A DNA stretch of 64,000 nucleotides from Oculina patagonica (Eukaryota). The stretch is from contig NC_135762.1 in assembly GCF_052425735.1 (NCBI RefSeq), forward strand, positions 7,192,001-7,256,000, written 5' to 3'. Below the pieces are notes generated by a model that was given only the letters and a program-made list of their open reading frames with translations, was not told where the DNA came from and did not search any database. The position numbers were made by a program, and so were the translations under genes. Positions 23,714 to 35,300 of the stretch are shown in pieces (within the stretch, counting starts at the first letter, position 1; every line of letters starts with the position of its first letter).

Positions 23714-25597
23714 ATGTCTCAAATTTTCAAAATGGCGGTCGATGCGAGTAATTTACAACGTGCTTTCGAGAGGGTCTGCGACACTTTTAAAATTCCTTCG
23801 CTTTACGACGAGCAAAAGGAATGCTTAGAAGCACTTTTCAATGGAAAGGATGTCTATGCAAGTCTTCCAACTGGATACGGGAAGTCCTTAATCTTTTATG
23901 CAGCCCCAATCGTTGCCGATGAGCTGTTTTGTCGACGCGGCAGCAAAATAATTATTATCTCACCTTTGAAAACGCTTATGGAAGACCAAGTGGCATTCTT
24001 ACGATCTTTGGGCCTATCGGCAATTGCTCTTCACGATGAGCAATCAGAAGAACGACTCAAGCAAGTTGAAAAAGGAGCGTTCACGTACTTGTTCGCTTCT
24101 CCTGAAAAAATGTTAAGCGTGGAGCGATGGCGCAAGCTTCTTTCAAGCGAGCATTATCGCAAGTTTCTGGTCGCGATAACTGTGGACGAAGCCCACTGCA
24201 TAAGCCAGTGGGGTCTCCCTGGAGTAACACAGGCTAGAAAGCAAGCAGCTGTCCCTTTTAGAATTTGGTACGGGAACCTTGGAGAACTCAAGTCGTTAAC
24301 CGCAAGTGATGTCCCTTCGATAATTTTGACTGCCACTGCTTCAATGTCAACAAAAAGAGACATTTTTAGGGCTTTGAACTTAAACCAGTCCTCATGTTTT
24401 ATTATGGAACACAGTCCAGAAAGGCCCAATGTTCAATTCGTTGTGCGATATTTAGATAAAAACATGCCAGTTTCTTGTATATTCAGTTCTTTGATTGAAG
24501 AGCTGAGGTGCAAAAATGTGTCATGTGAAAGAACAATGATTTTCTGCCAAACACGCAAGCAGTGTGCTCTGGTTTATTCAGCATTTAAGGAAAGCCTCGG
24601 AAATGGTTTCTTCGTTGATAATGAGCCGGACAGTAAAAGGAGAATTGTAGAAATGTTTCATGCTGGGACCCCAGAGTCTGTGAAAAAGCATGTTCTTCAT
24701 AACATGTCTCAAGCTAATGGCCACATTCGAGTTATAGCCTGTACAGTAGCATTTGGAATGGGAGTGAACTGTAAAGAAGTACATCGTGTTATCCATTTTG
24801 GCCCTTCTAAAAACCTTGAATGCTATGTCCAAGAATGCGGAAGGTCTGGTAGAGATGGTCAGCCAAGTTCCTGCCTTTTACTCCACAATGGGCTGCTTGG
24901 TGCACATTGCAATAATGACATCAAAGATTATATTTCTAATAGTACTGACTGCAGGCGCACCTACTTATACAGTCATTTTCCAGGAAAATTTACTTCCTCT
25001 GTGTCAGGTCACCGGTGCTGTGACATGTGTGCTACAACATGTGGTTGCGGACAGGAAATGTGCAAGGAACCTGCTACTTTGAGTTTCGATGCAACTGAAG
25101 AACAAATTTTACCCTCTGAATGTGTTCGTTCAGTTGAAGAAAAGGACAAGGTGGAACTCAAAAAGGAACTTTTTGAATACATGAAACACTTGTTAGTTCA
25201 AAACACTTCAGGTGCTGTGGCATCTGTAAACATGATGCACGAATTTACAGCACATCACATAAAGCAAGTGCTTGATAACTGTGACAGAATTAATACATTG
25301 CAGCATGTTGAACAATGTGTTGAAGTTTGGAGGAGAGAACATAGCCGGGCAATTTTACGCGTTATTCACCAGGTCTTTGGTGATTTCAATTGTGACGAGT
25401 TGGAGGCACCAGAAAATGAAGATGATGACATGGAGGAACTTGCTCAGGAATGGGCTGACATCAGAGACGACTCTGAACTATGTCAGCTATTAAGTGAAAG
25501 TGACTATTTTGACGTAGACGTTCAGATGGAAGAGATTGATCAGTCAGGTAATGAAGAAGTAAACATGAGTAGCATGATCGGCAATATTTTTAAATAA
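23714..25597 (+). CDS. Transposon-encoded RecQ-like SF2 DNA helicase (intronless)
   Basis: Motifs LPTGYGKS (I), ISPLKTLMEDQ (Ia), VDEAH (II), TATA (III), IFC (IV), TVAFGMGVN (V), QECGRSGRDG (VI), Zn-binding CRR...CCDMC and an acidic tail. First ATG at 23714; ATG at 23732 (aaaATGGCG) is an alternative start. Confidence 0.93.
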   Translation: MSQIFKMAVDASNLQRAFERVCDTFKIPSLYDEQKECLEALFNGKDVYASLPTGYGKSLIFYAAPIVADELFCRRGSKIIIISPLKTLMEDQVAFLRSLGLSAIALHDEQSEERLKQVEKGAFTYLFASPEKMLSVERWRKLLSSEHYRKFLVAITVDEAHCISQWGLPGVTQARKQAAVPFRIWYGNLGELKSLTASDVPSIILTATASMSTKRDIFRALNLNQSSCFIMEHSPERPNVQFVVRYLDKNMPVSCIFSSLIEELRCKNVSCERTMIFCQTRKQCALVYSAFKESLGNGFFVDNEPDSKRRIVEMFHAGTPESVKKHVLHNMSQANGHIRVIACTVAFGMGVNCKEVHRVIHFGPSKNLECYVQECGRSGRDGQPSSCLLLHNGLLGAHCNNDIKDYISNSTDCRRTYLYSHFPGKFTSSVSGHRCCDMCATTCGCGQEMCKEPATLSFDATEEQILPSECVRSVEEKDKVELKKELFEYMKHLLVQNTSGAVASVNMMHEFTAHHIKQVLDNCDRINTLQHVEQCVEVWRREHSRAILRVIHQVFGDFNCDELEAPENEDDDMEELAQEWADIRDDSELCQLLSESDYFDVDVQMEEIDQSGNEEVNMSSMIGNIFK

Positions 25598-27302
25598 TAT
25601 GTAATATATGTAAAGCTCCTGTTGAAACATTTGAGTTCCATGCTTCTGTTTTGTCAGAAAAAAATGTACGCTGAAGCTTCATTGATTTGTAAAATAATTT
25701 CATTTAGAGAGAGTTGTAAACAAAGGAAACAAAGAAAATTGTCAAGTAGTTGTTGATCGTTGGAGATGGTTCTCTGTTGCAAGTGTAATTCAAAGCATTG
25801 AATAAGGCAATTTTGGTGACATCAGTAAAACCCTCTGTTTTGCGTAATGGCATGTTGTCCTTATAGTTTGTAATCATGTAGTGCATGGAAAATTGTAAGG
25901 AGTGTTTGGAAAAATTAAGAAAATAGTTAACAGTATTTATTACATGTATTCACCAGTGGTGGAGGTGAACAGTGGTTGATATTTACCAAGCCACAAAGTG
26001 GCGAGGTAAATATCCACCACTTTCACCGAAACCGAGGTGAATAATATATAAACAATAGCCCCGATTTGGGGTGAAAATATGCAAGGATATTTGTTGCCGG
26101 ACATTATCTGTTCCAAGAAATGAACAGTTTTCCGAAAGCAAAGCTCAAGTAAAACTGTGAGCATTGAGGAAAGGATAATGTCCAAGGACAATATCCGTAC
26201 ATAATTTTGAAGCCAAATGGAGGCTATTGTGTTCATTATCCATCAAATATTTTTATGCAAGGCCGCATTGCTCAAAGCTTTGAAACATCAAAGTAATTCT
26301 GTCAGCATTCAAAATATTGTTAGTCTACTAAAAATGTTTAGTTCTATTAATTTTAACAATTTACTTGAAATCAAATCTTAACATTTGAACATAAATTGCA
26401 AAGTTCGTAAACTGGGGAATATCACTTGGGGAATATGATCTGATATTCCCCAATTTTGGCTGCATCATGTGACATGTTACAGTAAGCCTAATCGCAAGCG
26501 CAAAAAATATTTGATGGATTATAGAAAAGAACACAAGAAAGTGTTGGGGGAAGGAACATACAGCTCACAGCAAATCAAAAAATGGGTGATTGGCTTGAAA
26601 AATAATAGTGAAATATTGTTTAACTGAATTTATTAACAGCTTATATTACAGTGTGAATATTCCCATTTTTCTCATTTGAAATTTGCATGTAATTCCACAT
26701 TTTTCCTCCCTTCTAAGTTATTGTAACATATTTCCCACCCGAAACTAAAAATTGACAGGTGTCTTGCTAAGTTGTACTGATTCTACAGATCACCATGTGA
26801 CAACCTATTGTTTGTTTCAATGTTCAGTCTTTGCAAAACACAATATTGCCTTGAGGTGTGCAAAATTGAAAACCTTGAAAATTTCTCTAACTTGGCCAGA
26901 CTGTAGGTTACTGGAACTAATTGCAATTCAATGTCAATGGCTTAAGTTAACTTTTCTTTTATGTGAACAGGAACAAAAATGGTTTGCCAGCTACCACAAT
27001 GGGTGCATACAAGGCATGACTTCAAAATAAACCACAAATGAAACAAAATAAAAATCTGATTGAAAATGAATTAATTCGAAAAAAAATTCAGAATATCAAC
27101 TTTCTGGCCAAGTTTTCCATGGCATCACAGATTACTTAATATACATGTACATTTGAATGAAGGGGTTCATTGAATAAGGCCCTAAAGTGACTCCTGATCT
27201 TATATGAAATTCTCCCTTTGATTTACAAACATTACATAGGGCGGATAGGAAGGATCATAAGTCACCTGGAGGTCCATTCCAGGCATCCCTCATTATTGTA
27301 TT

Positions 27303-30300
27303 CTAACGTGCTTTTCTTTGTCTAGAAATGTTTCTCTTGTGCTTGTTTATCCACCTGAACATGTCTTGAAGGTCAAAGTTTGACAGGAGGGTAGACTTGG
27401 TATCACCAAAGTGGGCATAGGTACGCCCTGGTGTCCAACAGAAAGCCTTCTGGGTGATCAGCTCTGAGACAACCTTGCGTAAATCAGACTCCACTGAAAG
27501 TTCATAGTGGTGTCCAGAACGACGGATGACACAACACTCTTGATCAAAGTTGTCGAGTAACACCTTAGTGAAATCAATTGCATGGCAGTAGCGATCCATA
27601 GCCTTGTGGTTTGTTGCATTAGGTCCCAGTTTTTTCCTGACTTCTTTCAGTAATCGATTGAAAAACTCCAGGAGCAAATCAAGGGGAATGTTTTTCCCCA
27701 GCCCTGACTTTAACTGTGCAGTTCTGTTCCAAATAAGTTCATGAGAACTTTTGGGTGAGAGCAATGCATGTACCTGAAAAATCATCCCTAGGGCTTCAAG
27801 AGCATACTTTGTACTCCCAGGGTCCATTCTCAAGTAAGGCAATTGAAACTTCCAGCATCTGAAGATACGTTTCCCATCACCCTCTTTTATGGCATCAAAA
27901 AAGTTCAAAATCAGCATGCCATATTCTAGGAAAGAGCACTGATAATTGAACATGTCATCCTTCTCAGGAACTTTGTCTGAAGGTGCCATGTCACTTGAGA
28001 AAAGTAGCCCTTGGGAATCTGAAGATGGGATCTGCTGATTATGGGTAGATTCATGATCACTCATTCGCTTTCCCCTGCATGCAAAGGTCTTACCACAACC
28101 TGGAAAAAAACAAATGTATCTGCCATCATCAGTTTGACATCTGGCCTCTTCTTCCTCAACGGCCTCTGCAGCTAAAAGGCTGTTGAAAATTTTCTCAACA
28201 TTTTCTCTTTGAATGACATAGCCATCTACAATGCGTGTGGCAATTTTGCGGACATATTCCTTTCTCTCCATATTGCTGGCTTCAGGGAGGTCTGGGCGAA
28301 AATATTCACCTTTGGGGCTGTCTGAAATGCCATCCATCCCCAGCTCATGTACCGCGGCTGCTATTAACCTTGCTTTAACTTCAAGGTCAAAAAATTTTCT
28401 ACAGGGATTAACAGCTGCATCCACGTCGGCTCTAACATTTCTTCTGTTGATTAAATTTCTATCACTGTAGAGGGTACACTTGTCCCCAGATGATTTGGTG
28501 TCATAGAAGTTCTTGAAAGCAACCTAAAAACAGATTTGTGGTGACATTTAACTTACGTTTTGTACAAAATTGGTGTGCAAATGGAAATGCCACTGTATGC
28601 AATTTGAAGACATATTAGGAAACAGATATTTACCATATTATTTGCTTAATTAATACTGACTTGCATTGAAATTAGCATGGTGGCAGTGACTTGTAATTAT
28701 AAAAAAGGGGTCATAATAAAAAAGTGATAGTCTATGTCTATCCCCAGATGACTAAAAAAATACACAATAAAAACATACTTTTAAGCTTTAGTTTTATGCT
28801 CATTTGACCAAAAAGAAAAGAAGAAAAATAAATTTTACACAATTTTTTGTGTGGTGTCATAAAACATTGACTGGCTTTTTGTAGGTTAAGGCTTTGCCTT
28901 CAAAGGGTATCTCTAAGGCTGAAGGTGTTAAAGAGGGTTGGTATTTTACAAGATTGAGTATAGAAAAGATTACCAACTGGGGGTATATGAAAGGGGTACC
29001 ATTGGCAATTGAAGGTATCCAAAAGGGCTACCTTTTCTATCAAAAGTAGTTTGACATAAAGGAGAATGAGGACCTCGGAGCAGAACATCCCTGTTTTAAA
29101 AATTTTGGAGGTACCTAATCTAAAGGGGAGAATTCTTGTGATAGCCACATTCAGATAATTATTTCTAATGATTGATCTACATTGTTGGGAGAATTTGTTA
29201 AAGGTTCAAAACAATTTCACTTTGGTGACCATTTTATTAATTCTCCTAACCTCTTGAATTAGTATTTATATTGTGAGGAGAATTAAGTGAGTATAAATCC
29301 ATATTCACCAAGCTGCTAACATTTACATTGTGCAAAATACCTTTAAAAACTTATTTCCCGAGTGCCAATCAGCAATTTCCAGGTGAATTCCTTCCAGTCG
29401 TTCCTCAGGGGTAAAGCCATTTGCTAGCTCGAACAGTGCATTCACGCCTCGTTCTACTGAGAGCTGATCAGCAACCAAACCTTGTGAAGAATACACTCTT
29501 TCATCTCCATCACCATAGTAGGGTACATATTGATGCAGTTCTGTGAGTACTTGCTGAATGCCATCTGCATCATTTTCATTGTGATACAGCATTCCCAAAA
29601 AATTCTACAAAGAGAAAACACATGATATGCATAAAAGAAAAAAGAGGATTGATGTATATTCCAAGTCTGTCTTTGAGGATAAACAACCAAGAACAAAATT
29701 AAAAGTAACCTCTATATGGCATATCATCTACATTAAATGCCAACCAGCCATGCTGTAGATTTAATTTTTATAATTGAATTTTTTGACAAATTTACAATGT
29801 ATTACCATTTCTGATTTATCAGCCATTTCCTTGCTATACTGGTGTGGAATGTGTTTGCAGACCACAGGCTTGAGGAATGACAAACAGGGTATTTCCACGA
29901 CTGCCCTCTCAGTAAGGGTTATGTAATTTTCCCTCTGAAGTTGGTGCTCGTGACGACTTGGCAAGCACAGACCATTCTCCATCTGCATAAGAGCCTCTGT
30001 GGCAGGTTTGTCACTGGATAAGTGGTTTCCTGATACACGATTTTCAACGGACAGGTGGGAAACCCAGTGGACATCAACGTTTTGGTGCTCTTCGGTCATG
30101 TAGTGAACTTGCTGCTTGAAGTCGAAGTTGTCGAACACCAACTTTCTTCCTTTATCAGCAGATATAATTACAGCTTGCTCAGGCTGCGGCTCTTCTACTG
30201 CAGGATGGGAAATGGTGGCAGATGGTGCATTAGTTGGTGCTCTGTGTTTTTTCTCAAGCCGTGCTGTCTCCTCCTTGACCTTCTTTTGGACGGAAGCAGC

Positions 30301-31965
30301 ATGATCTTTTCCAAATTCGTCCAGCTTTTTGTAGTAGTAGGAATGGCCTGTAGTGACTCTGAGGGAACCCAGTCGACAAAGAGAGCCCTGTAATAAATAA
30401 AGCCTGTGTTGATGCATGCTAAAGTCAAAGGCTACATTGTTTTGACCAATGCACCATTAATTTGCAATACCAGATCATTCAGCCAGTACTACACTGTAGC
30501 TACAATTTTTTTTATTAACACCATAGTCTGCATAGAAAAATTTAAATTAGGTTAAAATTTATCATTTTGGTAACTAATGCTCTGAAAGGAAAATGGCATT
30601 TCTTATAAATTAAGCTGTAAAAAGTATGTGTTGTGGTTCAAATCTGTCTTTGGTTTAAAATGCTTCTAACCAGTTTTATTTTTATTTACCCTTGTTTTGG
30701 ATTACGATAATAAATTCAATTTTAGCTGGTTTAAAAAATTTTAAACCAAAGATTAATAATTTTCAAACCACATATATCATACCTATGACAATGCCTTGAG
30801 GTGGGATGCAATGTATTCAGATGCAAGAAAGCAACAACTACTGTATAGTGACATGCCAAATTATTCACTTAGCAAATAAAATTTAATATGGTCCTCAGTG
30901 CTTTACGTGTGGACTAATGGAGTACGTAAAAACATTTGATAAAAATTGTTAAATACTCACAATTATCCCTGAATGATACAAAGTGATAGTGTTGATCAGC
31001 TGCATTGCATTCATACATGGGGACCTGTTCTTCAGCAAGACTGCCGCGGACATGCACACTGATGGCTGCCAGAATCGATCATCTCTTTTGCTTTTTCTGA
31101 CGCTGGCCGTCCATAGCACGGCACTGAACAAGGGAGCTTTCGATTCAAGTTCGGTGTTGAACTTCTTGAGTGAGAAGGACTGAAGATCTTTTTTGCTTGG
31201 TGATCGTAGGCAACTAGGATTTTTTAACGAGCACATAGCAGTACACTCACGATCAACTTCCTCCAAATACAACTGTTGCACATGTTTTCTCAGAATGGGA
31301 TTTTTCCACACTGCCCTTGCGATTTGCTTGTACGTACCGCGGCAAAGCATCTTGCCGAGCGACTCCAAACCTTCGTGTAAGTTGTTGACTTTCGCATTTG
31401 GTCGGCTTGGCCACTTGATTGAGACTTGAACGACTGTCTTCTTTTCCTCGACGTCGACTTCGCGGGCAGGAATCGGCGAAACAGGTCCAGCGAAAGCAGC
31501 AATGTCAACAGGACGACTTTTCTCCTTACAAGGTGTCGAGGTAAGTATACTTGACAACTGATCCGCCGATGTTTTACTTGTGAATGCGCTGCTATCGTCT
31601 AATGTCACAGATGCGCTCGAATCCTCCAACGCAACACGCTTTGCAGCTTGTTCTTGGAAAGAGCTTGACTGGTTAGAGGACTGCGATGTGATAACATTGA
31701 CTGGTACTGGATTAACAGAAGACTTCTTTGCGAGGAAGATTTTTTGAATAGTGTTATTTACCTCTCGAAGGTTCGTCGAGAGCGCCCTTCGTTTCTTCAA
31801 CACCGACAGACAATTTCTACAAATGTACGGCGAATTAATTTCCACTTTATACTCTAACGATAGCAATTCCTCTCGCACGTTAAAAGGATTGCCCCTTCGT
31901 CCATCAACAAGATTTTTATCCGTATTTTTCACGATACCTAAACCACAAAGCACACACGAACTCAT
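27303..31965 (-). CDS. Academ-type transposase, 4 exons, ~1023 aa
   Basis: Exons 31965-30961 (1005 nt), 30387-29806 (582), 29604-29341 (264) and 28523-27303 (1221); all phase-0 GT-AG joins, no stops. N-terminal CxxC...CxxC; candidate catalytic motifs LVFDNFDF, VADQLS, EIADWH, NIPLDLLLEFFN; C2H2 finger CFFPGC...HESTH. Confidence 0.85.
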
Positions 31966-32365
31966 GACAAATCTCACATTTTGGTTGTTGGTGTGAAAAA
32001 AAGTGATAGACTATACAGAGAAGGCCCATTATGTAAACCCCGCGAAAATTATAACCAATCGAAACGCGTTCTTTCGATGATGTAATGATCCACTGGTGAT
32101 AGCCAATCAGATCATTTTCCAAACATTCCAGAAAAAGTCACGTGGTCCGGAACACGATTATCAACGGTAAATCACAGACGCTCCTTCCCGATTTTTATTG
32201 AGGGGAGGGGGCGGCTGTACACAGGCTATTGCCAGGCAAAAAGTCACTTATCGCGCCCATTAAAAAGATCTGCGATTTTTAAGTCTACAAACCACTAACA
32301 GTCAATTTAATCCTAGTTCTTAATTTCAAAGTCCTTGTTTGGAGCGGGGCTACCAAATGAAAGCA

Positions 32366-35300
32366 TCACGGAGATTTTGGTTTGAGTTTCATCTCACTTC
32401 CCTTGAGACCCCAGTACCAGTAATAATAAGAACTGTCTCCATAGTTACCATTCAGATGAGAACCAGAGGTACAGCTGTTAAACCACCAAGCTCCTCGGTT
32501 ACTTACAGCACAGTTGCCACCGTTCTTGTCACTATCTCTATTCTTGGTAGAGAAAGGCATGGTGTTATAATAGTAAAGTCGATCCTTTGCTGAGCCAGAA
32601 TAGAAATAAAACAAACAGCGTGTAGTTAGTTGCCTCGTTAGTAATCGTAAAATTACTGTATTTAGCGTATTTATTTCCATTGGTTGTTGTGTTGATTTCC
32701 ACTCGCAGCTGACTCGGAATCTCAGTCAGTTGATGAATCTTTTCGTTTCCAAGCCAAAACTCTCCTCTGACGTCACCAAACCCGTTCTTATACTCGTCCC
32801 AGTCCCTGTAGAATCCAACAAATCCATTGAAGCGTTTGTGAAAGACAGTCCATCCACCACCATCCGTCTTCATGTCACAGTACACTTCAAAACTGGTTTT
32901 GATTGTTGGGTTCACTGTGTTCACCTTCGCGTTTTGGCTCGACAAATAAATTTTCCGTAGAAGAGATGTATGATGTCTTGCCGAAGTTCCCCAAGCGAAT
33001 CGCGAATGAGCACCCGCATATTCTGCAAAAATTGGACGGACCGCTTGATTTCGTCTTTCTGCCTCTTTTTGCAGGTTTTTTGGGGGTTGAAGAAGTCGTC
33101 TCAGACGCAAACTCAACATCGAAATAAAAACTCACGAGTTGTTTTGTAAACTGACACTTGAACAAGCACTTAACCGCTCAAATTTTATTGGTCCGATTTA
33201 ATTGAAAGGTCAAGAGGCGGAGTTGTAAATTACAAGGCGATGACAAGGGGAGGAGTCTAATACTTCCACTTTTATTCAAAGATGTCTACAGCCTCTCTAT
33301 TTTTCCTTCGCTCGCTCCCCCCCCCCCTCCCCCCGCGCGCTCGCGCTTCGCGCTCGCTTCGTTTGCTTTTTTCCGTTGAAAACTCGAGAGGCTGTGGACA
33401 GTCTAAAAGATATCAAGAAATGGAGAGAAAGACTCCATATTTCCTTGTTAGCACTAGTAAAATTACTAATTTTAAAAACACGAAACAACTTTTTAAGAAA
33501 GACTTTTTAGCAGAGAAAGACTCGCTGTACAGAGGCAGAAAGACAGAGATAGAATAAAACCTGAACGAACAAGATGAAAATGACACAAATTAAATGTCAA
33601 TCAGTTTGAAGTTTGATAATTATATCATACTTAGCAACCAATTCTTCGTTAGGAGACACACATGCGTGAGTGATCAGCATTGCTTACCAGTTTTTACAAT
33701 AAGCTGCACCTCAGTCTCCACATGAACGAACTCGCTCCGTGCAGAGCAGATATAGGTTCCACTGTCTTTAGCCGTCAAACTGTTAATCTTCAGTTGTCCG
33801 CCTTTCACTTGAGAGCGTTTCTCTGGTATGTTTCCTTTACATCGTGCCCACGTGATGCTGGGTACTGGGTGTCCGTCTGCGGAACAGTTCAGTGTGACTG
33901 ACTGTCCGTGATAAAGTTCTATCTTGTCTGGCGGCTTGACTGTAAACTGAGGCACCACGTTGACTATCAGAGCTGTCATAGCGTGCGATGTACCCATGGC
34001 GTTCGTTGCAGTACAGATGTATGTTCCAGCGTCTTTCTTGTCCGTCTTTGTTATGGTCAGGGTCTGACCTTGGACGGAGGCTCTGCTACCGGGGAGCTGA
34101 TCAAAGAGTTTGGTCCAAGATACCACCGGAGGGGGATACCCGATGACCCGGCACTTAGGGAGCTTGACATCTTTTCCGCTCTCGGCGTATATCGGTCCAG
34201 CGGGAAGGAAGATCAGAGGACGAGCTGGGCACGAGAAAGATTCGATTTCAATTTGTGTATAAAACAATATATAGAAGCAGATAATACTCATAATATTCAA
34301 GTAAATATCCAGTAATTTTTCCATATTGGACAGTACGTGGATAAGTGCCCAATATGATTGACGGTTGATAGAACTACTGTCCAATTCAGAAGACCAGAGT
34401 TCAAAACATGCCTTCAACATTTGGCCAAGCCTAACTTGCTGCAGTTTTCTTGTGTAATTATTTCAAATTTAATAGTTAATATACCTATGCTCAATTTGAA
34501 GCCCACGTGATCATTTTCCAATTATTTAAATTTGTTATTGACAGTAAGCTACAATAAGACCTGCTGCTGAACGATCGGGTTCGAGGTCTTGTATCCTTGC
34601 AATTATTTCGTTTTTTACTTTTTTCTACTGAGATATTGAAACCTCAGTTTATTTACCTTGGACGTTGAGCGTCACAGAAGCCTGAGCGGTCTCCTTGTCA
34701 GAACAAACTGTACACACGTACATTCCCTTATCACCGACTGTCACATTCTTGATACGAAGTGTTCCATTGATGATGGAATATCTTCCGGCGGGGAGGGAAC
34801 CATCTTCTTTGGACCACAAAACTGTCGCGTCAACATTTCGCTCCGGAGAACACTTAAATACGGCGGACTGATCCAGGGCAACGGTCCTAACTGCCGGCGT
34901 CACCACAATCTCAGGGGCGGAAATAACATCCCCCGCCTGCCCCTGAATGGCTGCAAGGAAGTCGGAGTCAGTGAGGTGGGATCTCTAGGATCATCTTTTT
35001 GGCCCTTTATCCCGGGGGGTCCGAGAGGGCCCCGTGGTCCTCGTGGTCCAATCTTTCCCGGTGGCCCCTGTGGTCCTTGTGGTCCCGGAGGTCCCTGCAT
35101 ACAAATCTGACTTTTGCTAGTGCAGATCTTTTGCGTTGCTGCGTGGACGGATTTTGTGATTTGTTCTTGTATTTCTGGAGCTAAAACGCCATTGTCTCCT
35201 TTGGACGATTCAGCATCTCGCGAGTTCCGTTTTTGAGCTGAAGAACTGGTTATGTTAACATAAGCAACGGGAATGTCTAAAAAAAAAGGAGTAAATACTG

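Larger units (their letters stand above)
23567..32228. mobile_element. Autonomous helicase-encoding DNA transposon, AcademH-type, 8662 bp
   Basis: Perfect 83-bp TIRs (23567-23649 / 32146-32228, starting TAGCCTGTGTACAGCCGCC) and 8-bp TSD TTGCCAGG (23559-23566 / 32229-32236). Encloses a RecQ-like helicase and a convergent DDE-type transposase gene. TAG..CTA ends plus an SF2 helicase is the AcademH layout as I recall it. Confidence 0.9.

Noticed and set aside
23699-25597. RecQ ORF as a host BLM/WRN/RECQL orthologue, or as bacterial contamination/HGT because it is intronless
   Set aside because: It lies within perfect TIRs with a TSD, next to an intron-containing transposase gene, and shows no recognisable long N-terminal or exonuclease region; transposon cargo explains it better.
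25950-26270. A third gene or structured RNA between the helicase and transposase
   Set aside because: Only degraded hairpin-type repeats and low-complexity short ORFs are present; no coding signal.
23567-32228. Classification as hAT (TAG termini plus 8-bp TSD)
   Set aside because: No BED finger, TRWNS or hATC-type motifs are visible, and hAT elements are not known to carry a helicase; the motifs and layout fit Academ better.
32565-33165. Novel TE-fibrinogen fusion protein
   Set aside because: One frame stops shortly after the junction and the other hits the frameshift at ~32608; there is no sign of a functional product.
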